A model generated the notes under the pieces. The model was not told the origin of the DNA and searched no databases. It was given only the letters and a program-made list of their open reading frames with translations. Shown piece after piece: positions 23,231-35,300 of a stretch of DNA of 64,000 bases; positions within the stretch are counted from its first letter, which is position 1, and every line of letters starts with the position of its first letter. Location of the stretch: the NCBI GenBank assembly GCA_051530055.1, contig CM121341.1:1364001-1428000 (forward strand). Reading direction: 5' to 3'. A program made the translations under genes and the position numbers. The DNA comes from Neoechinorhynchus agilis (lineage: Eukaryota; Animalia; Acanthocephala).

Positions 23231-24700
23231 AAAGATGCTAGACATAAAGGTTACGACAGGGGGCTATCCCGAATCGGCGATAAGAATAGCTTTCCACAAA
23301 GTCAAGAACGCCGCAAATATACACGAGAAACGAATCATGACAGGTACTGAGAATGACAGGCCCCAATATACAGGGATAAAATTTGTGGACAATGAAATTC
23401 AATCGAACCTAAAACGGGATTTGCGTAACCGGGACAAGACGATCATTTTGTTGCCGAAATATGATGAAGTGGTATATGAGGTCCACTACAAAGGCTGCCC
23501 AGCCAAATATTTGGGGCAGACCAACAGGGCTCAGCAAAAGGATTTCACGGTACAGATATGCATGTAGGCGTTATGATGTTTCCTTAGTTTCATCAAATCA
23601 TTCGGCGAATCGTGGACATGGAATTGATTTTGATTAAGCGAATGTGTGAATAGCGTATAGCCATATTTACGGAATCAGTTGATAATGGAAGCCATCGAAA
23701 GAAGGTAATAAAATCAGCGTATCAGTTTGAAATTATCATTGAAAACGCAGTGGTGCTCTAGCTCAGAGTTTCTAGTGGCCAATGAGTCAAGGAACGGGGG
23801 TCTGATAGCGCGATGATAACCAGTCCGTAGGATAACGCTAATGTTCGTGTTTTAGATGGAAAACCGTGATAATGTCGCAAATATCCGACGTGAAATATGG
23901 GAAATAAATTAGTGAATTTAGATCCAAGGTGGAAAGCTACCAAAAGAAAGTATCTTTCTCCCCGAAGATTATAATACAAGACATGAAGTACAAATGCCAA
24001 CCAGGATTTTCTCCTTAAATACGAGGTCTGTGATGTGCTTTTGATTTTTGGTATCGCAAAATGCGAAATCGATACATTTCACAAACGTCATTCGATATGA
24101 ATCCCATTTATCTTATCTTATTTGTTGCTTGCTGGTTATACTTTGAGTGTATTTAGGAGTATTATTCCTTACACGGCTGATGGTTTTATTGCTTGGGCAA
24201 ACAGCCCCATCGATGTGGTCCAGGGAGGCGCATAAAATCACAGAATACCGGAACCAAATGATTATGAGTTTGTACATCCCTCCGGATCCTCAGCCGAGGT
24301 TGCACAACCAAAAGGGAACGAAATGCTGTGGAAGGGTGGAAATTCAATGATAATTCTACATCATCGGGAGGAAACTCATAACCTTTTTAATTCAGGGTTC
24401 TTGAATGATTTTGTGTGCTTCCTTTAACCAAAGTGGTTGGCTGGTCTACCTCTTCTCTTTCGTCGATTGCAAGTAATAGCTTCCTAAGTGAAGAACGACA
24501 TATAGATGATTTGTTTGGTGATGATCTGATGACTAGAAGCTTCTCCAGCTTACCAGAATGAACGTCGCTTGTCAACAGTGAATATGAAAATTGGTATCGT
24601 GTGCTGCTGATAAATCTTGCGTGGCTCATTTCGTGCATTGTTAATAAATATCGTTATTGTTCCATTGGGTATTTAAGGCAGCTCTAAAATTCCTTAAAAT
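23230..24700. mobile_element. Penelope-like element remnants: GIY-YIG piece on +, RT-like piece on -
   Basis: Plus-strand GGYPESAI...VVYEVHYKGCPAKYLGQTNR resembles the PLE VVY..PC..C...YIGQT motif. The minus strand ~23800-24640 looks like a decayed RT. The terminal segment ~24265-24380 recurs at ~50385-50480 and ~50870-50955. Confidence 0.65.
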
Positions 24701-25302
24701 TTTAGGATCGCTGCTGCACAAATGTTATTAAAGTGCCCTCTAAGATCCTATTAAAATACAATAATTTCTGAAGGAACTTTTAAGACTCGGGTGAAAAAGG
24801 CTTTAATCAACTATATTGCGCGAAACGCTTCCCGAATAGGAAAATAGGAACGTCTTATAAAGTAGCTAACCTTTTCCAGTTTAATAGTAGAAATTTTTAA
24901 CTTTGACTACAATTCTAATGAGATCAGTAACGTATTTTAAGAGTAGAACTACGATTTTTGTACTTCTTATCTGTCAAAGCACAATAAAATGAATATTTTC
25001 TGATATCCTAAGAAGACGCGATTGATACGAATATTTTGTAGATATTCATTATGTTGGCTGTTTAGGTGCCATGATCGATATTTTCAATTTTAAAGTCGTC
25101 GTTTTAATTGTTGTGCTTCAAAGCTTTGATTAATCATTATGAAATTTTGCTTTAAATGGTTCTCTTACTAAATTTTCTCAATAAGATGTGCATGACGGAC
25201 ATAATTGTGAAGAAAGCCTTTAAATCACAAAGATCGCATCCATCATTTGCAGAAAGTTTCAATTCATTGTTCAAGAAAACCGCTAAAGTTTTAATTTGAG
25301 TT

Positions 25303-25899
25303 CTGAAATCAATAACGTAATTTCTCGGGCGTTGAGAACGGCGAACTTCCCGAACATCCTGGAACCCGCCCACCTCTGAGACTAGACGGCTAGGCCCGAT
25401 GGAATTTCGGTCTTCCCGTGGCGGGAGGGCAAATGCCTTCTCTGGGACGCCACGTGTGTGGACACCCTCGCAGCCAGCAACATCCCCTACTCCCTCGAAA
25501 TCGCCGGTGGTGCCGCCAGTGCAGCGGAAGGGAGGAAGGTACGAAAATATATGCAGCTATCGAGGGCTCACTATTTTGTCCCCTTTGGGGTAGAGACGTA
25601 TGGAGCGCTCGGCAGCTCGGCACTCTCTCTGCTCAAGGATCTCTCGAAGAAATTGAGAGAGGCAACCGGAGACTCAAGAGCAGGCTTATTTCTTCGACAA
25701 AATATCTCGCTGGCAGTACAACGGGGCAATGCTGCCAGCGTGATGGCGACGGTCGAGGAAGGACAAAAGCTGGAATTTGGTGGGAGGTGGTGAATGTAAA
25801 GAAAAGTAACCAAATAGTTCAATGAATGTACGATTGGAATATTTTCACAAAGAATTTCGAGCGAAGATCTTCGCAATTTCACTTTATCATAATAAAGAG
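25303..25899 (+). mobile_element. 5'-truncated CRE-like insertion with 29-bp target-site duplication
   Basis: RPDGISVFPWREGKCLLWDATCVDTLAASN...KVRKYMQL...FVPFGVETYG. Flanked by agaaaaccgctaaagttttaatttgagtt at 25274-25302 and 25900-25928. Confidence 0.93.
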
Positions 25900-25941
25900 A
25901 GAAAACCGCTAAAGTTTTAATTTGAGTTAATTTGTCTATGG

Positions 25942-26142
25942 TCAGCACTTCGGCCCACATGACCGACAGTACTTCACCGTTTGATAGCAGCATGGATCCT
26001 CCTTATAAACGATCTGCTCGCATTCTGGATAGCAGCATGGATTTGCTTCACAATAAAGTGTCTTGTACTTGACGAGCTTTTGTTTGCAGATTTGAACTGG
26101 TATGTAAGTTGTCTTACATTCACAGCAGAGTTTATAAGGCAT
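25942..26142 (-). CDS. Small cysteine-rich protein, 66 aa, unknown family
   Basis: ATG at 26142: MPYKLCCECK...NPCCYPECEQIVYKEDPCCYQTVKYCRSCGPKC*; 13 Cys and an internal PCCY repeat. Confidence 0.6.
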   Translation of the reverse strand: MPYKLCCECKTTYIPVQICKQKLVKYKTLYCEANPCCYPECEQIVYKEDPCCYQTVKYCRSCGPKC

Positions 26143-28101
26143 ATCGACGAACTTGAGCGTTAGGAGTAGAGAGTAAAGAAATCTTAGGTTCGAAACGCGC
26201 TCCTTCACCTTAAATATTCTTGGTTTGTTTTTGTTATTCCGCATATTAGTGACTTGTTTTCGAGCTTATTTTTTAGCGTTGAGATTTAAGTACTCTTGCA
26301 ATTTTTTATGTCGGTGCAATCGGCGAATAAAAGGAATCAGGTTTCTTGGGAAAGAAATCTTATAAAACTAAGTAAGATAGATTATTAGGGAAGAGAAATC
26401 AAACTGTTTAAGTTACTGCGTAGCCTCGACAGCAAAGTTGAAAAAAATTGGAATGTGTTAAAATATCGGATTTTAAAATAAAATCATTTTAATTTCTCCG
26501 CCAGAAAACAACCAATACGAAGTAATGTTATCTAAACAATCGTCAAATTCGGTAAGCATAAACTGGATTTTCAACTAAATTCACAAATGCCGATTTTGAT
26601 TCTTCATTCAGTATCTATCGAATAATCAACAGTGGCTACTTCCATAATCTCAATATAAGTAAAAAAACTTTAATATTCTGACCGGAACACTTCTAAGAAA
26701 AGAATTTAACTTAAAAACTACCGACGACTAAACTGTTTAAAGAATAAAAAATCGAGGCAGAATATGAATAAGAAGCTTTCATTCGCTTCCACTGACGAAT
26801 GAATATCCCTACAGATAACAATGAGAAATGCTAACGATACCATGGGATAAAATCTAAAGAAAAGGTTTTTTGAGTACAAGCTAAGCATTCGCATGTGCAC
26901 TATCAAATCATCGAACTTTAGGAATTGTATCCGTCTTTGTGGAAAGTGCAAAAACCTGATTGCAAAGCTCCGGCGCGCCAAAAGAGATGACTTTTCTATT
27001 TGTTACTCTATCAAAAGTCGATCTCCACTTAGGAGATCCTTCAGATAAAGAGTTGTTTTCCAATTCCTTTAAAAGAGCGATCGTATCCTCTTATTTTTTC
27101 AGTGTCATTCCAGAACTGATTATTCAGCAGCGAATTCTTAATTCCCGGTTACTGCTGTACGAAATCTTTAGTACTGTCTTTGAAATCTCGATTCATAAAA
27201 TAGTGCCGAAATCCAAGTAGAGGTTAAAAGGTTTTTCAAAACACTTTTGCTTTGTTCCTAAATTAGTTTTGTAGAAACGATTAAAACGCTAACTACCGAT
27301 TGTCGTTAGCAAATTGTTCTCTAGAAATCCTAATATCGTATAATTGGCGCTATTAAGGTTGTGTATGAGTTCGAGTCTAAGCATTAAAAGTTTTTAAAAT
27401 ATTGAATATTTGAGATTGCTTTCGAGCATATGAATCGAAATAATGATTTAAGGTTACTGTTTTGGCTAGTGTTTATTCTTTAAAAATTAACTTAAGAATG
27501 AAACCGAATACGATAATTCGCCATATCAATTAGTTTCACTTGTCTGAATAGCTGTAATCATCTCTCTCACTGCGCTGATGAATCCTGCTGATTTGTAGAA
27601 TAGAAGCAGCGGTTGAATAGTTGCACTTATCTCTCTTGCCTTCAATTGGCTTAAATGAAAAAGAAGAAAGTGTGGTGGTGGTGATTGAAGTTTCTTACAT
27701 TTATGCGAAAAATTAGAAACTGCACTCCTAAAAGTGAAATCATTAACACCGGATAAATTATCTTTGAAACAATTTTAAAATTTATACCTTTTCCTTTTAA
27801 ATTCAGTCTAATAATTAGGAAGTTGAGGATCTATGTGATTTTGAAGAACGAGCGTTATTCGTTTCATAGAACTGATATCTTCCATTACAAAAAGTGTTCT
27901 TATCTCGAGTTTCAAAACATTGATTTTCTATTGTACGAGCACGCATCTAAAAAATGAATCGGCCACAAAAGTCAATCGATCTCCGTCCTAAACAACACCG
28001 TGAAATCAATAGACTTTTGTTGGGTTGCTCTTGACTATATATAGTCGATCCACTTGTATTCTCTCGAAATCTCGTTCATTTGACTCATCGTCCATCAAAA
28101 A

Positions 28102-28254
28102 ATGGGATCTCATTGCTGTCGACCTCATCGTCGAGTTTGCTTTCCACTTCTACCGGTAATTCCGATTCCTGGAAACCCAAACATGGTTCTCTGCCCAAGG
28201 GACTACATCATTGGAGGTAGAAGTTACGGAGGAGGATTTTGCCGCGGTTGCTAG
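28102..28254 (+). CDS. Putative 50-aa Cys/Pro/Gly-rich microprotein
   Basis: Hand-translated: MGSHCCRPHRRVCFPLLPVIPIPGNPNMVLCPRDYIIGGRSYGGGFCRGC*. It lies in a GC-richer island with a TATATATA about 60 nt upstream, and is below the ORF-track cut-off. Confidence 0.4.
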   Translation: MGSHCCRPHRRVCFPLLPVIPIPGNPNMVLCPRDYIIGGRSYGGGFCRGC

Positions 28255-28843
28255 CTCTCTTTTTTCGCTCATTTGACGCGAAAAATAAATCTTAGTTTTT
28301 AATTCAATTTAAAAAATACAGCATTCACCGTTAAGTGAACCTTGGTCCGAACAACTCAAATAATAATACCATTCACTCTGCGACCATCCGAAAAAAATTT
28401 AAAGTGGCATTATGTTAACATTTCTTTTTGTACTATAAAGGATAATGTGAGTGTGTGTTACGCCAAAAGTCCTTGAGACATAACTTCAGGACTCTTAAAC
28501 TGAATTCCATTAGAGTTCTGAAGACTCTACCACAAGGATCTTGTCAAATGTCGGCATGATCAAATCCATATTAACATGGTTGATTGGACAGTTTCTCCAA
28601 TGCCACTCATTTCTCTTGGTTGTTGACATTGACAGGATTTTTGCGTTAACCTCCAAACACAAAAGCCGATATATATATTTGTGTGTATGTGTGTGATCCG
28701 TTAGTTAGATTATCGATCATATTGTTATATTTGTTTATAACATAAAACCTTCTTTAGCCCTCAATTGCAATTGATCCTTTCTTGAAAGCTTTTCGTACGA
28801 AAGTTCCTTATTCAGTGCCCAATTACATTCAGATTTTTTTCTA

Positions 28844-29655
28844 ATGTGCATATCATGTTTCAAATCCTCGTCTTCCTCACAGTCTTCGTTACACTCCTCG
28901 TCCATGAACAATAACTTGCTTCGCTTCCGACGGCAGCGTCGATTGTCACCGATAACAAGCTCTACGGCACTTAACGAGCACAGAAGCGCCTCATCCTTAG
29001 AACGAATAATGAGAGCTTCCACTAGTTCAATCAACCAACAAGCACATCTTAAGAATCTATTTGATTCTGTCGATATCGATATGGACGGATACATTAGTCC
29101 CGTTGAGCTTCATAGCGTCATTAGTAGAGGTGATTGGCCAAATTTCGATTTCCATACCACTCAGATTTTAAAGCGGAGTTCTCTAAGGGTTATGCGATAG
29201 AGAGCTCCATTCCAATGCAGATGTTTACGGCTGACGATCCAACTATAACCAATCGTATACAGTTTGAAGAGTTCACCGAGCTCTGGTCCACCCTCAAAAA
29301 TTGGTACTCTTCTTTTCGAACAGCTGATACCGATAAATCCGGTCTTGTGGATATGAATGAGTGTCAGAATATCCTAAGAGCATACGGATACATACTTTCC
29401 GATGATTTCATTTCCTTTATGTTCAGCAAATTTGTTAAAGAAGACACAAGGAAGCTCGATTTTGACGCGTATTGCAATCTAATAGCAGGATTGCTGGTCG
29501 CAACCAATATATTTAAGAAAATCGATCAAACGAGAAAAGGCGTAGCCGTGATTGACTTTCCTACTTTCATGCTAAGTGTTTTATCCGTCACAAGGAAGCT
29601 TAAAGGACTTAGCTCACCCTCAACTGGGACTGCGGCTGGAGGCGCGTCCATTTAA
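28844..29655 (+). CDS. Penta-EF-hand protein (sorcin/ALG-2/peflin family), two coding blocks joined near 29171-29220
   Basis: LKNLFDSVDIDMDGYISPVEL, NFDFHTT...MF, IQFEEFTELW..LKNW...FRTADTDKSG, LDFDAYCNL, IFKKIDQTRKG.AVIDFPTFM: five EF-hand pattern. Start codon uncertain. Confidence 0.9.
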
Positions 29656-30084
29656 AGCCCGTTTTCCCTATACAGAAATTGCTTATTTAATGAGTTCAAT
29701 CATATGCTCACCCAGTTTAATCAATAAAACAGCTTGTTTATATGCAACTAATCATTTGAAGACAGGCGAGATTTGGTTAGACAATGACAGTTGTGTTATT
29801 TCTGCCTAGCTTTCTAGATATCATGAAAACCATGTACGAATTGGGTTTATTGACATTACAAAATTTGAGATGAACATTATGGTTATTATTAGGGGTCATA
29901 TTATCAATTTTTTCTCGGAATTTTAGTTTTGTAAGAGTAAATGTTAACGAGTGTCAAAAACTTAAAGCCATTTAGTTTTTTTTGAAAGTAACAAATGACA
30001 AAAAGGGAAATTGGTTACTTTTATTTATATTTTAAATAATTATTGGCCAAGTCTGGATTTGACCCTCTCGTCGTCGACCTCACT

Positions 30085-30195
30085 CTAGTCGTCGTCGATC
30101 GTCATCCTGCGGATCCGTCATCCACATTCTGGATCCCTCATTCATCCACTCCAAATTCTTGATCCGTCATCCAACTCTCCGGATCCGTCATCCAC
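30085..30195. repeat. Degenerate minisatellite, about four (g)gatccgtcatcc units
   Basis: Visible at ~30110, 30132 (variant), 30160 and 30181. Confidence 0.7.
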
Positions 30196-30692
30196 CCATA
30201 AGTAGACAATCTCATTCATTTATCCTGTCAGTGCTCGAGTATTCACTAGTTCAGTTGTTCAAAAGGACTCAGAGATATATTGTGCCACTTCTTAAACAAA
30301 ATAAAACGTGTTATTATACTTTTCATGATGCAATGTGAGCATGACATTTATCGGGGATACAATCTCTGAAAGGAGACATTTTCTTAAACGATCAAAGACC
30401 AACCTTTGAGACGGTTTGAGAGTTGACAGAAAGGATAAAGGAATGGATTTATGTTTCATTTCTGTGTTTCTAGCGATCAAATGCCTTTATATTTTTAATA
30501 CGCTTGTTTGGATATTATTTCCCTATAAAAAACAATTAAGATAAAAATAACTATTTAATGGTAGTTCCAAGCAAAATAGAGAAACGCATTATTACAAGCA
30601 ACCTTGATAAAGGTACAATATTGTGCCAAAATATTGGAATCAATAAATTACTTTAATTTTTACGCCAGATACAAACACAAAACAAAAGGAAA

Positions 30693-33600
30693 GTGTGTGC
30701 GCAACAAGCTGTTGCGGTGGAGGGTGGCGAACGGCCACCCAATGTTCTGAGAATTCCCGTGCCTCCGGACATTCGGTGTCAACTTCTCAGCGATCAAAAT
30801 AGTAAGCATTTCGTGGAGGTGCCTTCAAAAAGATGGCCCAATACGATAAGAATCGAAGCGAATCCAATACAACCCAGGGAAGAGCTACACAGACGTTATC
30901 TGGCTCCGTGGCTCAAATCCTTTAAGGATGATATCCATCGTATTTCATCTATCAGCTATTTCGGAGGAATATTGAAAATCAGGTTTATAGCAGCGGATTT
31001 TATGAAGGTTTTTCTGGCCTTCATCAAGGAAAACTGCAACCTTGCAGGTGTAACAGTTTCGAACACAAGTTATGAATCAAGCTTTATCGTTTGTGGGCTC
31101 TCTCCAGATATTGATGACGCAGATAAGATAGCGTTCGGGGAAAAATTCGGAGTCAAATTGCTCTTTTTCCTCAAGTCATCAAGAACGGAAAAGTTTATTC
31201 CCAAAACTATTGTAAAAGCTGCGGTGGAACGGAGGAACGTACTTTGCACTGAGCGATCCTTCTTCCAATCCATGGAGGTTAAATTTACTTCAGACGAGAT
31301 TTCGCATTACGACGACTATTACTATCCTCGGTGCAGTGGGTGTCAATGTTGTGGACATTGGGAGAAGAGGTGCCCGCCCAAGGTCACGCGATGCGCTTTT
31401 TGTGGCCAAGACGACCACAGTACCAAATGTGACAAAAAGAAAAGGCACTGCTCAAACTGCGATCGAGATGGACATTGTGCGTTCTCGAAGAATTGTGAAG
31501 CATTTAAGGAATATGTTGGGTGGGCGAGACTGCTTGGATTCAACGGAAATAATTCATCCGACACTCGAGTTGCCCAGAATAGTTGAAATGCGACAAAGGA
31601 CAAACCCATAAGAGGATCTGCAACAACCATTACAACCATAAAAACATACCCAAGGCAACAACTGGGTACATCCAAAGATGTTAATAATCTACGAACGACT
31701 TATGATGACACCTTGGAAAAGAAGTTGGCTGATTTCTCCGCTAAAATCCTCGACATGGTCGATCTACGAATCACCGCGGCCATTCAGGGTCTTGAGAGGA
31801 GACTGTCTGCCCAGTTAAACGGTCTCATCGAAACTCTCTCGGCAAAATTCAAAGATATTCAGATCGCGACCGGGGTAGCTCCAGCACCCTGCAAACGCAG
31901 TCGAGCACTGGTTTCAAGTAGCAACGGTGTAGACGATGTGGATATGTACGAGGCCGAGGAGTTCGTGAGCAACATCATAAGCGAACAAACCCAGGTTTGT
32001 GCTGACAGGGTCCAAAATCTCGTCAAGTGTAGGTCTCAATGGAATTGAGAATTGCGCAGTGGAACGCAGGCGGGCTTCTAGGTATTCCTGACCTTTTGTC
32101 TGAAGCACGGAGAAGTGATATTACTTTTATCCAAGGAACTAAGTCGCTGTACTCTCGTAATAACCTCCCGAATAGTTTTAATATTTTATCTAGTGAATAC
32201 TCTTTATTTTGTACAAAATTCCTTTTAAACCACTCTCAAGGCTTATTATCCATTTTTAAACCTTGCCTCCAACCAACCCTAATTTCCGAGTTTACTTCCC
32301 CAGATTTGTCTTACGCTTTATTTTCAATACGTTTCTTGGGGAGGAAATTGCTCTTAGGTAATTTCTATGTTAAACCTAGGAAAATACACCTCACTCATAA
32401 TAAAGATCTTATAAAAAATGTTTTAGCATCCGGAATTGACTTTTGCTTCGTAGATTTCAACGACCCTTCTCACAAATGGATAAAGGCCATTTTACGTTCG
32501 GATGATACCCATGACCATATTGTCCCTGCGGATCCCACGTTTACCGACGGCAGGTCTCATTCGTTTCTAGATTCGTGTCTTGCTCGAAGTAACTCATTCG
32601 TTAAACAAAACCGGTTTCTCAATCATCAATTTTCCGTATTGCTGGACATGATATCTTAATGTGGGAATTGGGACGAAATATTCTGTTGAGCCGTAGATTT
32701 AAATTTTTAACGCTGCCATAAATTTTGCTTTCACTTTTGGCGCTTTTGAACGGCTCAAGGACTTAAATGAATTTGTGGTCACTGCTAGTGACTCGATTTT
32801 AACAACGGTCTCGAGAAGTATCGGGTCGGAAATGCAGAAACCAAGATTATTCTCCCTGTATGGCAGACAACTTTTTTGGCTAAGGCAATCGATGATCGGG
32901 AGTCGATTAAGTTTTGGTCCTCTTTATACTGGTCCTGTAGAACTCGTTTTCAAATAGCTTGCGACAATAAGCGAATTAGCTATTTTATGCCTTATTCCTC
33001 TCCTTGGTAGCATGTCGTTGCACCAAAAAGATTTTGTACGTGGAAAAGGGCCGCAGCGAGTTGGATTAAAACCTCGGGGTGGGACAATGTTATTTGCGCA
33101 CTTTGTATTGAACATTGTAATGGAGCAAGTAATGTCCCAGTCTTCAATAATTCTATTCAAATTAAGCCTCGTAGTTTTGATTTATGCTGGAATGATTTTA
33201 TCATTTGATGGGGTTCAAGAAATCTTACATCGAACATTGGAGCTTGCGACAGTAAGCGAATTAGCTATTTTATGCCTTATTCCTCTCCTTGGTAGCATGT
33301 CGTTGCACCAAAAAGATTTTGTCCGTGGAAAAGGGCCGCAGCGAGTTGGATTAAAACCTCGGGGTGGGACAATGTTATTGCGCACTTTGTATTGACATTG
33401 CAATGGAGCAAGTAATGTCCCGTTTCAATAATTTTATTCAAATTAAGCCTCGTGTTTTGATTTACGCCGGAATGATTTTATCATTTGTGGGGTTCAAGAA
33501 ATCTTACATCGAACATTGGAGCTTGCGACAGTAAGCGAATTAGCTATTTTATGCCTTATTCCTCTCCTTGGTAGCATGTCGTTGCACCAAAAAGATTTTG

Positions 33601-35300
33601 TCCGTGGAAAAGGGCCGCAGTGGTTTGGGTGGGTGTTTTGGTTTGTTTGTTGTGGGGTTGTGTTTTTTTTGTTGTTTTGTTTGGGTTTTTTTTTGGGTTG
33701 TTTTGGGTTGGTGTTGTTTTTTTTTTTGTGTGGGGTTGTTGGTGGGTGTTTTTGCGCACTTTGTATTGAACATTGTAATGGAGGTTGTCCCAGTCTTCAA
33801 TAATTTATTCAAATTGCCTCGTGTTTTGATTTATGCTGGAATGATTTTATCTGTTGGTTTTGTGTGGGGGGGAGTTGGATTAAAACCTCGGGTGGGACAA
33901 TGTTATTTGCGCACTTTGTATTGAACATTGTAATGGAGCAAGTAATGTCCCAGTCTTCAATAATTCTATTCAAATTAAGCCTCGTAGTTTTGATTTATGC
34001 TGGAATGATTTTATCGTTTGGTGGGGTTCAAGAAATCTTACATCCAACAATGGTTCTTCCCCTGTTTCAAAGCCACCAACGTTCTCAATCAATCATCACT
34101 TCGTTCGCTGAGCACATGTTGGCAGCATCCCCTGATGAATGGTCTCAGATAAGCATAGCGAAAAGAATATTTCTCTGTAAAAAAGGTAGGGCTGTTTCTT
34201 CACCTAGTGATGTGAGACCTCTCTCCATTCAGAATTCGTTTGTTTCCATATACGAGCGAGTTTTGGCCAAAATTATAATGGATTTTTCTTTTAAACATAA
34301 CCTTATTGATGAGCGCTGTCATGGTTTCCTCCCAGGGAAATCTGTTCATACTGCAATTGCTCAAATAATAGATAACCTTTTTAGTCACCCCAAGTCAACA
34401 AACATTCTTATCTCTTTCGATATTTCTAAAGCTTTTGATAATATTGACATTGCTTTTATGGTGAATATTTTAAAAAAAATTGTTTTCCTTTTAATATAAT
34501 TGCTAGGATGAACAACATCCTGAAATGTAAACGATTTTTCTTTGAAGATGACCCATCAAGGTCTATATTCTATCAATCCAAAGGGATTCCTCAAGGCTCA
34601 CCTTTATCACCCATACTTTTTTGCTTGGCAACTCAATTTTTGATTAAAAATTGCACGATTTGTCGTAGCGTCACTATGTACGCCGATGACCTTACTGTAG
34701 TTATCAAAGAGTTAAATTATATGAGAGCACGTGCGAAACTGGTTGCCGTGCTGAACTTTTTAAAATCCCACCTACCTCAAATGGGTCTCTCTTTGAATGA
34801 AAAGAAGACGAAATTTTTAATCAAATCTAAATCTCGAGTGGGCAAGAAGCACATCCGGGATTATATCAAGGATTTTTTGGGTTAGATTTCGACCCTGCTT
34901 ATAAGAAACTTGATATTTTAGGTTATACTTTCACTAATAACCTCTCGCCCGCCTCCGATATACACAAGATGAAAAAACTTTTAAAGACAGCCAGAGTTAA
35001 GGCGAGACGTGCCGCTCGGATTGGGCTTAGAGCCTCCAGAGGAAGGCCTCCAGAACAACGCCTAAAATTCCGCTGTGTATTCTTGAAAATCCTGTCGAGA
35101 CTACCCCTTGAGTGGATTTCCTCAGCAGACTGGGCCAACAAATCCATGCAGTGGAACAGCGGTCGATCCATGGTTTGCCTTTGTCGAATAAATTTTTTCA
35201 AAACAAAAGCATTTTTTATTTTTGAAAACTGACCAGCCTGTAACTTGAGGAAGGAGAGAAGCTCCAATTTTGCGGACAGTGGTGATTGCACGTTTTGTAC
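30693..35300 (+). mobile_element. I/Jockey/R1-group LINE: gag-like ORF1 (3 zinc knuckles), APE, RT; degenerate, with an internal tandem repeat
   Basis: CSGCQCCGHWEKRC, CAFCGQDDHSTKC, CSNCDRDGHCAFSKNC; RIAQWNAGGL endonuclease start; RPLSIQNS, HGFLPGKS, SFDISKAFD, GIPQGSPLSPILF, YADD. Confidence 0.9.
32957..34043 (+). repeat. ~285-bp tandem repeat, ~3.8 copies, inside LINE ORF2
   Basis: gcttgcgaca.taagcgaattagc starts at 32957, 33242 and 33521. The third copy is garbled at ~33620-33760. Confidence 0.85.

Noticed and set aside
26700-27250. Possible minus-strand exons (EDTIALLKELENNSLSEG...; RIQFLKFDDLIVHMRML...)
   Set aside because: They look protein-like, but I could not join them in phase or recognise a family, so they are not called.
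27560-27620. CUGAUGA followed by a stem (hammerhead or C/D snoRNA?)
   Set aside because: GAAU replaces GAAA and there is no stem III; there is no terminal box D with a closing stem.
33516-33924. ORFs with K/T/Q/P-rich or G/F/V/C-rich low-complexity translations
   Set aside because: They derive from a garbled T/G-run version of the 285-bp repeat unit, most likely sequencing noise.
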